64,000 nt of DNA, from the NCBI GenBank assembly GCA_951406725.2, contig OX597824.1:77376001-77440000 (forward strand). The letters run 5' to 3'. This document shows positions 1 through 12,600 of this stretch, piece by piece (position 1 is the stretch's first letter; each line of letters begins with the position of its first letter). This DNA comes from Octopus vulgaris (taxonomy: Eukaryota). The notes under the pieces were generated by a model. That model worked only from the letters and a program-made list of their open reading frames with translations, was not told where the DNA came from and made no database searches. The position numbers were made by a program, and so were the translations under genes.

Positions 1-170
1 AAGACGAAGACAGGTGGTGTACAAAACAAACAGATGTATTAGTATAACGCTCATATATAATAACAAAATAATAAATAAAACATATGCATATATACATACA
101 TACAAGTACGTACCTACATCTGTATGTATATATACATGCATATATGGGTAATATATATATATATATACAA

Positions 171-350
171 TAGGCTTCTTTCAGTTACCATTTACCAAAC
201 TGGCTCACAAGGCTTTGGTCAGTATGAGGCTATACTAGAAGACACTTGCTCAGTGTCATGCAGTGGGACAGATCCCAGAACCATGTGGTTAAGAAGCAAG
301 CTTATTAACACATGGTCATGTCAGCACCTACAAACAGCCATGTGTGCACC
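171..350 (-). mobile_element. SINE family A (tRNA head plus CORE-like segment), 5' half, diverged
   Basis: Reverse complement matches the head of the intact copy at 11626-11790 (GGTTCAGTCCCACTGCGTGGCACCTTGGGCAAGTGTCTTCTACTATAGCC). Confidence 0.85.
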
Positions 351-1479
351 TATTTTTATAATGACATTACAGGGTAGGTGTGAGATGCTAGATCTGGCAA
401 GGTTTGAGCATAAAGCAGGTAGAATATTTCTGTTGGATATGATCGGTTCACATACTAATGGGTTAAGGGATTTTGCAGGGAAAGTATTGTAACCCCTACA
501 TAAATATACAGTAATATCTTCTAGCTAGCATTTCAAATGTTCTTTATATGTTAGGTACGACATCTGCTTGAAGAACATATAGTTAAGTGAGCAATAACAT
601 AGATTGAAGTGAGCAAAAGCAATAAATATATAAATAAATGGATAAATATACTACATTTAGTTTTCTAATGCCTGTTTAAGTATTGAGTAAAGTATTTCTA
701 GATAACTTTCAACTGTTCTTTGTATGTAAACAAGAGTTTTTAAGCATTGTTTTATTGCCTAATTCCAGATGAATTTAGCCAGCAAATCTGTATATATAAA
801 CATTGTACTCTGAAACTATTCTATACAAAATGGACCATAAATAAGGTCATGAGTTCAAACCTTCATTGTGGGAGGTATTGTTTCTTATTTGTTGAAGATG
901 TTTATGATGTAATTAGCAGCAATAGACTGTCAATCCAGGGGTATATGAGGTCATTGTACTATAATTTATTGATAGTCAATTTGCCAAAAATCTCCTCAAA
1001 TAAAACTACCATCAGCAGCAACAGCACCACCACCACCACCACCACTACAACAACAACACCTGTGATCATCATCAACATGATCATTTACACCACACAACCA
1101 GAATGCCACAAATAATAACAAAACAGGGACCACCACTGCCACCACCACTCCATACAACATTCATTTACCATTAGAGTCCAAATGAAGATTTATGGACATG
1201 GACACAAATATCATATCTTTATCTCTTTAAGTTTATCACTGTCCTTCTATACATATACATACATACACACACACACATAAAATATATACAATTGTGTATA
1301 TGATATATATATAGATAAATATCTATATCAGCAGCAGCAACATCCTCATCATCATTTAACATCCATTTTCCATTCTGGCATGCATTGCATCGTTTGACAG
1401 CATGCAGCAAACTTTGGCTTGTTTTGGCTTGTATAATGATGTTTATTACTCACTGGACACACACACATACATACACACA

Positions 1480-1518
<39 letters not shown>

Positions 1519-1721
1519 CACACGCATATATATTAATAAAAACAGTAAGATAACAAATGTGTCGGTATGAACAGAAGCGCTTATGAGAATACTATGAACT
1601 TTTTATGCTCCTACCTTACTTAGCAGTCATTCGAATAGCTCTTTTGTCTTAATAGCGGTCAATAACACAGTAATTTCCCTTTGTATAATGGTCATTTTTC
1701 ATAGCATTGATCTGATGGCTG

Positions 1722-1782
1722 GATAACTGAAGAGATGGTGGCGTGAATTTCCACCTTGGCATCCGAAACTCGGAGTTTAATC
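1722..1782 (+). ncRNA. Type-I hammerhead ribozyme-like motif
   Basis: CTGAAGA at 1727-33; stem II GATG/CATC enclosing GTGG/CCAC; GAAA at 1765-68; short stem III CTC-G-GAG; GTT triplet; weak stem I GATAA/TAATC. There is one extra nt before GAAA. Homologous copy at 18795-18853. Confidence 0.55.
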
Positions 1783-1821
1783 ACGGCTACTGAATAATTG
1801 TCACATATTACATTTACAGAT

Positions 1822-2035
<214 letters not shown>

Positions 2036-2176
2036 ATAAATATTAGGGAATAAATCCAAATTTACAGGGAAAAATCAGATTTAGGATTAAATCCAATTTT
2101 ATAGTAAAATATTATATAATATAATTCGAGACAAAACCACTACATATATATATATGTATGTATGTATATATAAGTG

Positions 2177-2905
2177 CAGGCATGGCTGTGTGGTAAGGAG
2201 CTTGTTTTCCAACCACATGGTTTCAGGTTCAGTCCCACTGCATGGCACCTTAGGTAAATATCTTCTACTACAGCCTCAGGCTGACCAAAGCCTTGTGAGT
2301 GGATTTGGCAGACAGAAGCTAAAAAAAGCCCATTCTACATATATATATATAAATACATATGCAAAGCAGATTGTGACCAGCGATGTGTAGCAACATCTGA
2401 TAGCCTGGTCGATCATGGTGATCACGGTGATATATATATATATATATATATATAAGTAGCAAACTAAGGAAAGGAATTCCTTCAAAGGAGTGTGTAAAAT
2501 ATCCACTTCACTGATACTACAGTTGAACACCACAGAAATAGGAGTATAATGCAATATACAAACAATAAATTAAAAAGAGAGATTCAATCTAATAATTTAT
2601 TAATATACTATGAATATAATATAAGATAATTTCAAAAATTATTCAAAAACCAAAATGGCTAACAATTTGTTTGTGAGTGTGTGTGTGTGTGTGTGTCAGT
2701 GTGTGTGTTTGTTTCCCTACCATCACTTGACAAGTGATGTTGGTGTGTTTACATCTCTGTAACTTAGCGGTTCAGCAAAAGAGATCAATAGAATAAGTAC
2801 TAGGCTTACAAAGAATAAGTCCTGGGATTGATTTGTTTGACTGAAGGTGGTGCTCCAGCATGGCTGCAGTCAGAATGAGTGAAAGAAGTAAAAGAATAAA
2901 ATAAT
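2177..2905 (+). mobile_element. SINE family A, both halves, with foreign fragments in the internal microsatellite
   Basis: Head at 2177-2335 and 3' half at 2700-2905 match the 11626-12025 copy; 2360-2665 is inserted material. Confidence 0.85.
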
Positions 2906-4073
2906 GAAAGAATATATAGATACAAACAGCTTAATTACAAATATGCTAATATATATATAAACAGTTTAATTATAGATATGCTAATATATACATATATATT
3001 TTCCAAAGCTGCAATCTCTGATGAGCACAGTTTTAAATAATTACCCAGTTCCTAATATCCGGTATGAAACCAAGTGGTAATATCATCTTTGATGGATTTA
3101 TGATACTGTATACTTCGGTTAATGCACCCACTTTATGGACAAATACATGAGTGTCTAGTTTTTGATCCATCAAACATCCTGGAGTATACCAAACACAAAG
3201 TGATTTACACATCAAATAATCTGGACCAGCTGCTAGACATTAAATACTCGTAGCAGTAGATTTTCTCTGTGCACACAGCCTAACTACATCACTGGATTAC
3301 TTCAGTAAAATCAACCCAGCTTGGTGCATACCAATTGAGTACCCAATTCTCTCCAGAATGCTTTATATCGTTTTATATATATATATATATAATGCATATA
3401 TGAATATATATATATATATATATATATACATATGTAAATATATATATATATATCTGCATATATATGTGTGTGTGTACAGACATCTCAAATTAAATAAAGA
3501 TACCTCATTTTACCATTTTATCTGTACAGACACTATTCATTACTATGGTGCCAAAATGGGTTAAACATCAAAAACTGGACAAGGTTTGTCCATTAAATAG
3601 TCGGTTAAGTATTTAAATGCATCAGATGACATTATTTTGGTCCTAGAAATAAATCTTTCAAAGAATAAAACACAAAAAAAGGGTTTTTTATTTACTTTCG
3701 AGTTTTTTGCGTATGTATATATTTATGTAAGTGTATTTTTTATATGTGTATATATAGAAAGCAACCACATTGTGTATTCAAGCCTGGAGGTTTGTTACGA
3801 GACACAAGCCATAATGTACAAATCTGCCAAATTATTGTGTTCCCACAGCATGAAACTATTAGTAGCTCATATCTAAATACTGTGTATATTAAATGGTATA
3901 TGCATGTGTGTGTGTGTATATTTATATATATATATGTATAAATATTGTTTATTTAATTTATTGATTTTTTGAATAATATTTATTATAGTATATTTACTTT
4001 TTTCCTATTTAATATGGATAATGTCTTTCACTGTTGAATTGCTTAATAGAGGTTATTTCTCTTATTTATATAT

Positions 4074-4111
<38 letters not shown>

Positions 4112-4119
4112 TTATACTT

Positions 4120-4380
4120 GGTATTGAGACCTATACCATCTCCTGAATTGGACATCACAGCACTGTTCCAAAGGTCCCAACTATAATGTCTTGTATGAGG
4201 AACATGTACTACAATGGCTTGAGATTCAATGGACCACAGCTATTTAATGCCCTGCCAAAACATCTGAGAGATCTTCATGGAGTAGAGGTAGATGTTTTCA
4301 AGAAACAACTTGACCCAAGATTCTAGATGAGCAGGTACCTCAAAAAAGGGCAGTAGTATCAAACCCTCTCCTCCACCTAA
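4120..4380 (+). mobile_element. CR1/L2-group LINE 3' remnant
   Basis: 4213-4314 translates NGLRFNGPQLFNALPKHLRDLHGVEVDVFKKQLD, the typical ORF2 C-terminal GPxLFNxLP...FKxxLD motif. Confidence 0.8.
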
Positions 4381-4431
4381 ATCCAATCACATAAGATTGG
4401 CCTTTGAATAGGTGGTTACACCAGTGGTGTA

Positions 4432-6087
4432 ATTTACAATATAAATCCCATTCTGTGTGTGTATGTGTGTGTGTAAAAGATTATAACAGCTGTGTTTTCC
4501 AACTGATTTTCTCCAAACTGGGAACATACATTATTTATGTTCCAGGGTTGGTTCTATACTTGTAAAATTTTTCACATAATGAGTAATGGGCATCCTGGGC
4601 GCAGAAAACATCCGTTCCTGAGTTACTTAGAAAAGGGAGGTAACTCTTTGCAAAGTAATTTTCAGAAACTGATTGCTTCCCTTTCATCCATTGGTCATTA
4701 AAAAATTTTAAATATTGCTTTTTGTATTAGATTCACATCTTTGAAAGTTTTTAAAAATATTTACTTCTGGTATTCTAGCATCAGAGACGCCTATATATCT
4801 CTATTTCCCTCTATCCATCTCTCTCTATCTATCTATATATCTATCCATCTCTATCTCTATAATTATCTATCTCTCAGTATTTTTCTGTCTATATCATATC
4901 TATCTATCGATATCTATCTTATTTGTCTAACTAGCTCTCTCTTTCTCTCACCCTCCCTCTCTATCTCACTCACTCTCTATTGTTTTCACTTTCATTTTTC
5001 AGATGCTATTGTTTCACTTTAAGTGCAATCGCTATTGTTTTTACTGTAAGTTTTCAATTGCTATTTACAAACAACAACGACAAACTACTGACAGAAAGAA
5101 GTTCACAACTTCTGATGAAAGTAATTTCATACATAATTTACTGACAGAAATAACTTCATAAATTTCATTTCAATCTGTACACTTCGTTAAATTTGTCTAC
5201 AAAGTTCTTAATTTTGCAACATTTTGTGATTTTTTGTTGTTGACGGAATTATTGATGAAAGTAAGTTCATAATTTACCAACAGAAGTAACTTCAAAAATT
5301 TCACTTAGATCTGAACATTTAGTTAATTTCCCTAAAAATTTCTTATTTACTTTTGCAACAGTTTTGTGTTTTTCTGTTGATAATGGCTTTTTTTTCTGGT
5401 TCCTTTGATTCACTGACAAATTTTGCTTCAACCCGTACTATTCTTTAGTTTCTGTAAAAGTTTCTTACTTGCTTTCTGTCTGTCTTATTAAGAAATATAA
5501 TTTCCGTTACCCAGATATTTTCATTGTTTACTATTTTCTGCACCCGTGTACTTCTGTATACATATATAACCATGCCTAGAAGCAAAGTGTCAAATTCGTT
5601 TACAATGTCAAGGTAAGCCAAAAGAATGTCTCTCTCCAAAGAAAGAGGAAGCTACAGAAAGGGAAGCATGCCAAGAAATGAACAGACTATGCACTACAAA
5701 AGCCAGCACATCTCAAAGCAATGAACAGAGGTATGCACGGCTGACAAGGAATAGGATCTTGACTGCAGAATGAAAAGCAGTTGCAAAAGCTCATAGAAGC
5801 AACTTCTGTGAAGCAGCTTTCAATTATAATCCAGCAGTTCATTGTGCGGATGACACTAGAGTTTCCATTAGTGCAATGACAACTGAGTGCAGACATTGTA
5901 AAGCAAGGAAGTAGCCTGGAGAGACACCTACACTATGCTGCAGTGATGGAAATGTTAAACTCCCTGTAATCCTCCAACCTCCAGAACCATTGAAGAAACT
6001 GTTGTCAACAACTGACCAAGATTCCAAGCACTTCCAAAACAAAATTAGACAATACAACACTGTACTACAGATAATATCATCTGGAAC
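4432..6087 (+). mobile_element. 5' portion of an autonomous-type Helitron (3'-truncated)
   Basis: The start region resembles the 5' end of the small Helitron at 6868 (TTTAyAATATAAA...GTGTGT). A diverged ~140-bp tandem pair lies at 5113-5382, followed by the RepHel N-terminus. Left boundary approximate. Confidence 0.6.
5572..6087 (+). pseudogene. Helitron RepHel N-terminus pseudogene (Zn-finger region; stops and a frameshift)
   Basis: MPRSK... then AAFNYNPAVHCADDTRVSISAMTTECRHCKARK*PGETPTLCCSDGNVKLPVILQPPEPLKKLLSTTDQDSKHFQNKIRQYNTVLQIISSG, matching the RepHel CxxC..GET..CC..G.V.LP..PPEPL..HF..IR.YN..SFG pattern. Confidence 0.92.
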
Positions 6088-6391
6088 CACAAGAGACTTA
6101 ACTGAGCATTCATGTAAACTTTCAAGATCAGATTGGAGCCTGGTGCAGCCTCCTATCTATCTTGCCAATCCTCAGTCAAACCGTCCAACCCATGTCATTA
6201 TGGAAAGCAAATGTTAAATGATGACAACAGTGATGATGATGAATCCCCTCTCACATTTACACACTTATTGCAGCAGTCTTTCTGTTTTTCTGAGCCCTGC
6301 AAAAGAACTCGGAAGTTTGGCCCTCCAGCCAGGCCTTTGTTAGCACACATACTCTTGCCACTGATTATACATGTATGTGTATATATACGTG

Positions 6392-7008
6392 TATGAAGGT
6401 ATACTGAAAAATTCCTGGCCTTGGGTAAAAGAAAATAGAAGACGATCAGTTAATTACGATTTTATACAATACTAGCAGTATCGCCCGGCGTTGCTCGGGT
6501 TTGTAAGGGAAATAACTATATAAGCATTTTTAGAGAGTTATAGCCAAAAAATAGCAAAAAAATGCATTAAAAATGGAAAAAATGATGGTAAATTTTTTTT
6601 AAATCGTTGACTCATCGTAGACATTTTTAGAGAGTTACTTCCCTTATATAATAGCGAAAAAAATGCATTAAAATGGAAAAAAATGATGGTAAATTATTTT
6701 AAAAATCGTAGACTCATCGTAGATGCACGCTAATACCCAGAAGGGCTTGATATGAATCACGACTATAAGATACCCGGTTTTGGTTAAACTGCACCGCAAA
6801 ATGTGGGAGTAGTTAGGAATCTAAATCGTAGGAGACAGACACACAACTTGACTTTTATATTATAAAGATATTCCCCTCACAGTTTCACACACTTTTTGCA
6901 GCAGTCCTTCAGTTATTCTAAGCCCTATAAAAGAACTTGGAAAGTTGGGCCTCAAACCAAGCCTCTCATGATACCCTTAAAACCAAGAACTTTTCAGTAC
7001 CCCATCAT
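6392..7008. mobile_element. Tc1/mariner-type MITE (~220 bp) split by a Helitron insertion
   Basis: TIRs ACTGAAAAATTCCTGGCCTT / AAAACCAAGAACTTTTCAGTACCCC. Colinear with the uninterrupted copy at 45443-45667 once 6472-6868 is removed. Confidence 0.88.
6472..6868 (-). mobile_element. Complete non-autonomous Helitron (397 bp)
   Basis: On the minus strand it begins TC (TCTTTATAATATAAAAG) and ends with hairpin CCCGAGC-AAC-GCCGGG followed by CGATACTGCTAG. Inserted between A and T with no TSD. Internal ~100-bp tandem pair at 6525-6723. Confidence 0.93.
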
Positions 7009-7355
7009 TTGAGACATATATATATATATATATGTGCTATCCTCATCCTCTTCATCATCTTCACCATCATCATTTGATATTTGGTTTCCATGCTGGCATG
7101 GGTTGGATGGATCAACAGCACCCTGCATCCATCAAGCAGGCTGTAAGGCTGTGTCATGCTTTATGTTATATGCACACATAGTTATACGCACATGGTAATA
7201 TATACAATTGCATTTAAAGCATATCTTCATAGACAAACACCCTTATGTACATATATACAAATATATGTATACACATATACATGCTCTTATGTAATAAAGT
7301 GTCAAACACACACATTCATATGCATAAGCACATATATGCACACACACATATATTC

Positions 7356-7393
<38 letters not shown>

Positions 7394-7425
7394 TAAATAT
7401 ATGCATATATACATATATGTACATA

Positions 7426-7513
<88 letters not shown>

Positions 7514-7679
7514 TACATACACACACACACACACACACAAATATATATACAAAAAAAAACACACACACACACACATATACATATATACATTGATTTATAA
7601 GCAGATGTACACGTGTATTACACATACATATGGAGATGTTAATCTTAGATAAACTAATATAGAGGTTACAGGTGCATCA

Positions 7680-8945
7680 TCGCCATTATGATTATCATCT
7701 TTAGCATCGCCACGACCACCACCACCACCGCCTCTACTACTATCACCACCATCATCACCGCCATCAACATCACCACTACCACCACTACCATCACTGCTAC
7801 CAACACCGTTGCCACTACAGCCACTGCTCTCACCACCACTGCCACCATGACCACGAACCACGAACCACCACCCCCAGCACCACCAACCACCACCACCACC
7901 ACCACCACTGCTACTATAATTAATTAATATCAGCTTTCCCACCATCTCCATCATGATAAGCATACTCTTATTATTGCTCTTCCTCCTTCTCCCCTCCTCC
8001 TCTTGCCCATGAGGATGATGATGATGATGATCATCATCATCATCAATATCATGTGCATCATATCCACTACCAACTGCAACACAGTCACCATCACCATCGT
8101 TTTCATTATCATCATCATCATCATCATCGTCACTATCATCACCATCTTATTCCCATCCCATTCTTTATGATCATCCGTATCATAATTGCCATCATCTGCA
8201 CTGTAATCACCAGCAACATCACCATCACCATCACCATCATGTCATCAATCACCTTCCTTCCTCTGCACCATCAACCCACCCCCATTTTCCTCCTCCTCCT
8301 CCACCTTCTCCTCACGTCCTCCTCACGTCCTTCACGTCCTCCTCACTATCATCATCTTTATCATCCACTCCATCTTACACCTCCGTCATCCTCACATTAT
8401 CCTCTCCTCTCTCTCCTTCAAAGTCGCAGTCCATTAAATGTTCATAAAAATTCTACCTAGTCCAAGCAATGATGTAATGTTGCTTTAGAAATACTGCATC
8501 ATGTTCATTATCTTCACCACCACCACCACCACCACCACCACCACCACCACCACCAATACCAACAACAACAACAACTTCATCACATTGATAATCATCATTA
8601 TCATCATCATCATCATCGTCATCATTGGCATCGTCCGCATCATCCTCATAAATGTCGTCATCATCATCATCGGCATTGCTATCATCGCCATCACCACCAT
8701 TACAGCCATTATCACCACATTGACAATACTCCTCCTCTTCTTCCCCCTCCATCCCACCCTCCTCCTCTTCCTTATCATCATCGTCGTTGTTGTCATCGTC
8801 GTCGTCGTCGTCGTCATCATCATCATCATCATTGTATAAAACTTCACACTCCCTTTCTTGCCACAACCTCCACCCCCCCACCACCACCACCACCACCACC
8901 ACCACCACCACTACCACTACCACTACCACCACCATTATCATTTTC
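7680..8945. repeat. Compound (CAC)/(CAT)/(CCT)/(CGT)n low-complexity tract
   Basis: Directly visible. Confidence 0.95.
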
Positions 8946-9204
8946 CTTCATTGTTATGTCTGTAATTTGCTGTCATCACAATCAGTGTCATCAAGAGAAA
9001 TAAGGTGACTGATTTCAAAGACTTCTGCATTGACAACAATACAGACAAAACGAAGAGTAACTAAAACATAATTATAACAGATATAGCAAAAACGTCAAGG
9101 ACAATTATTTCTTTATTGGCCACAAGGGCCAGAACATAGAATACAAAACATAGCATGAGAAATGCTTCATATAAAATATGTCATACAAAACATTTATTTA
9201 AATT

Positions 9205-9272
9205 ATGTATGTATGTATGTATGTATGTATGTATGTATTTATGTATGTATGTATGTATTTATGTATCTATCT

Positions 9273-9303
<31 letters not shown>

Positions 9304-9392
9304 CGTCCGTCCGTCCGTCCGTCCGTCCGTCCGTCCGTCCTTCTGTCTGTCTATCTATCTGTATATCTAGTTATCTATCTGTCTGTCCGTCC

Positions 9393-9453
<61 letters not shown>

Positions 9454-9562
9454 CTATCTGTGTGTGTGTGTGTGTGTGTGCATGTGTATGCATGTGTGTG
9501 TATGTGTGTGTGTATGTGTGTGTGTGTGTGTTTGTGTATGTGTGTGTGTGTGTGTGAGTGTG
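9205..9562. repeat. Compound (TATG)/(TCTG)/(TCCG)/(TCTA)/(TG)n microsatellite
   Basis: Directly visible. Confidence 0.95.
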
Positions 9563-9626
9563 TCAAGGTGCATGGCTCAGTGGTTAGAGCATCAGGCTTA
9601 CAAACATGAGATAGTGAGTTCGATTC

Positions 9627-10101
9627 TCAGATAATCCATTTCTCATCACCTGTCACAATTTGCTTTAAAAAAGATGCATTTTCATTCCGTTTATAAAGCA
9701 AATCACAGATGGATATGTGATCCAAAAGGTTCATCTCACTCAACTCATGTGGTTCCCAAACATCGTAGCAATTTGTGTACCAAAGCTTCACCAGACACTC
9801 ATGAACAATGGATTTTGATAGGTTGAGGTTTTCTGCCAATTCTCGGGTTGTGCAATGTAGGTTATTCTCAATTAATGACTTGATTTGGTCATTATCTGTA
9901 ATAGATGGTCTGCCTGATAGCTCTTTATCAATAAGGCTACTATTACCAGCTTGGAACCTTGCAAACTACTTCTGTACAGTTCTTTCAGATTAAGAAACAT
10001 TGCCGTAAACTGCGCATATTTCTTTGGTTGCTTGTGAGGCATTTTTCTCTTTACGGAAAAAGAAAAGCATCGTGCTGAAAATGAACTTTCTTATCTTCCA
10101 T
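9627..10101 (-). pseudogene. Mariner transposase pseudogene (HTH domains to first catalytic Asp)
   Basis: MEDKKVHF..KNASQATKEICAVYG..SGRP..TTRELAENLNLSKSIV..VWEPHELSE..FLKQIVTGDEKWI contains the WVPHEL and TGDEKW motifs, with stops and a frameshift. Confidence 0.95.
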
Positions 10102-10283
10102 TTTAAAGAGTTACAGAATTAACACAGGTTATAGGAACATAAACCTTCTTCCACACAAAGATAGCTTAAACTGTGCTCTAAATGGAAATGTAGTCAAATC
10201 CTATTTTATGGACTCAACCATGTTCTAAAATAAGTCAAAAGGTAAGCTACTATAAATCAGCACAAACTTTCTGGACAACCCAA
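9627..10283 (-). mobile_element. Mariner transposon, 5' half with one TIR
   Basis: Minus-strand terminus TA-TTGGGTTGTCCAGAAAGTTTGTGCTGATTT at 10285-10254, upstream of the transposase remnant. Confidence 0.9.
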
Positions 10284-10289
10284 TAGTAG

Positions 10290-11490
10290 GTCAGAGGTAA
10301 CAGGTGGTATGACAATGAATGGGAAGTAGAGGAAATGTACCAGGTATGATGATGAATGGAAGTAAGGCAAGGGTCGATAAAAGGGAAATAAAGCAAACGG
10401 TACCAGGTTGTGTGGCAATAAAGAGGAAGCAGGAAGTAAAGGTAACAGGAGTGATGATAAGTGGGATGTAGAGCAAAGGTACCAAGAAGTTAGGTAATAA
10501 ATGAAAAGTGTGGAAAAGGTACGACAAGGAGCGACAATAAAGAAGAAGCAGAATAAAGGTGCCAAAAATTGTGACAATGAGTAGGAAGTAGAGCAAAGAC
10601 ACCTGGAGTTATAATAATAAAAAAAAAAAAAAAAAAAGTCGCCCTTTTCAAGCCTAGTCAGGCTCATGGGCCCCCGTTTCCCAGTTTCTGTGGCATATGT
10701 GTTCCCCCCAGCTGTACGGGCTGCCAGTCCATCACAGCATTACTCAAGAAACAGGAAGAGAGAGTGAGAGAAAGTTGTGGTGAAAGAGTACAACAGGGGT
10801 CGCCACCACCCCCCTGCCAGATCCTTGTGGAGCTTTTAGGTGTTTTTGCTCAATAAACACATGCAACGCCCAGTCTGGGAACTGAAACCGCATTCCTCCA
10901 ACCGTGAGTCTGCTGCCCTAACCACTGGGCCATTGCGCCTCCACATAATAAATGGAGTTATAATATTAAATGTAATATTAAATAGGAGTGTTGTGAGAAT
11001 ATTCAGCAATCACCCAAATGTTGTGATTCGCTGGAATATTGCTCATGTGATTGACAGGATCTGACCAATCACAACTTTATGCAGAATAGAATTCAGTGAC
11101 TAAAATCAACTTTTGATATGTTCCTTTATCTACAGGGGTAAAGCAATGTGATGATAAATGAGAATAAGGTGAAGGTAACTGGAGCCCGTGTTGATAAAAT
11201 GAAAGTAGGGCAAAGGTGTCACAAGGTGTGTTGATAAGGAAGAAGTAGGGTTGAGTTACAAGGGGGTGTAATGAAAAATGGAAAGTTGGATAGAGGAACT
11301 AAAAGTTATGGTGGCAAAGGAGAAGTAGGGCAAAGATATCAGGAGGTGTTATGATAAAGGGAAAATAGAACAAACGTACAAGAAGGGACAAAAAGTAGGA
11401 AGTAGTTCAAAGACAACAGAACTATTTGTAATAAGTAGGAAGTAGGGAAATGACTCCAGAAGACATGGCAATCAGTGAAAAATAAGGTAA
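10290..11490. repeat. Old purine-rich ~39-40-bp minisatellite, interrupted at 10621-11130
   Basis: Recurring GGAAGTAGrGCAAAGGTACCAGGAG.TGTGAyrATAAA-like unit at 10290-10620 and 11135-11490. Confidence 0.7.
10637..10945 (-). mobile_element. SINE family C (tRNA head GGCGCAATGGCCCAGTGGTTAGGGC), full length
   Basis: A/B-box head at the right end; central GATGGACTGGC..CCCGT.CAG motif resembling the MetaSINE domain; adjacent A-run at 10619-10637. Confidence 0.88.
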
Positions 11491-11541
11491 AAATGCTAAA
11501 GTAAATCAAAAGAATATCTATTACAAAAATAAATGAACAAC

Positions 11542-12025
11542 AGGTGCAGGAGTGGCTGTGGTAGGCGCAGGAGTGGCTGTGGTAGGCGCAGGAGTGGCTG
11601 TGGTAGGCGCAGGAGTGGCTGTGGTAGGCGCAGAAGTGGCTGTGTGGTAAGTAGCCTGTCTACCAACCACATGGTTCCGGGTTCAGTCCCACTGCGTGGC
11701 ACCTTGGGCAAGTGTCTTCTACTATAGCCTCGGGCCGACCAAAGCTTTGTGAGTGGATTTGGTAGACGGAAACTGAAAGAAGCCCGTCGTATATATGTAT
11801 ATATATATATGTATACGTGTGTGTTTGTTCCCCTAGCATTGCTTGACAACCGATGCTGGTGTGTTTATGTCCCCGTTACTTAGCGGTTCGGCAAAAGAGA
11901 CCGATAGAATAAGTACTGGGCTTACAAAAGAATAAGTCCAGGGGTCGAGTTGCTCGATTAAAGGTGGTACTCCAGCATGGCCGCAATCAAATGACTAAAA
12001 CAAGTAAAAGAGTAAAAGAGTAAAT
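11542..12025 (+). mobile_element. SINE family A, young full-length copy with tandemly repeated 5' 21-mer
   Basis: A box TGGCTGTGTGG, B box GGTTCAGTCCC, CORE-like CCTTGGGCAAGTGTCTT, internal (TA)/(TG) tract and (GTAAAAGA)n tail. Four extra copies of AGGCGCAGGAGTGGCTGTGGT precede the head. Confidence 0.93.
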
Positions 12026-12542
12026 GAGTAACAGCTGGAGCAGAATTGTCACATGAACTTATGACTCATGACATCACAGAAATCCTATAATTCAGTTATG
12101 TTTTTAAGGACATAATCATGTCGAATTGATTGATATGATTAATTGAATGTCAATATTATTGCCAAAGGTAATCAATATATTTTTGTTGCTATCCTTTCAT
12201 TTCAAGCCTGCATTGAGCAAAAGAAGGGCTTGTCAAATGCTTATCAACAGCTATCACGCACAAATGAAAGGGAATTTGGTAACGTGAACCAAGTTTTTGG
12301 TAACTGCTTTATGCTTTTATGTAACTATGTGCAGGACAGAGACACCCAATTGGCTCTCTGCCCTTGGCTCAGTATAACATCCAGGCTGGGACAGTTGAAG
12401 GGAGAGAGGGTTGCACCAACATTCTAGTGGTATTCATTGCACTTGAGTAGAATGGATTCCTGGTTCAATCCCACTGCATAGCCTCTGCTTCACCTATATT
12501 TCTTTAGTGGAATTTTGTAAATGACAACTTTATAAAAGCTCA

Positions 12543-12600
<58 letters not shown>

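Noticed and set aside
5113-5160. CTGATGA...GAAA in the Helitron leader
   Set aside because: Stem II does not abut GAAA and there is no stem I or III pairing.
7595-9008. Gly/His/Thr/Asp-rich ORFs (also 43857-44537, 47530-48144, 63157-63932)
   Set aside because: Open in several frames on both strands; trinucleotide low complexity with no splice or domain support.
12143-12427. 94-aa plus ORF / possible small exon in unique DNA
   Set aside because: AAG acceptor and weak donor; no homology recognised.
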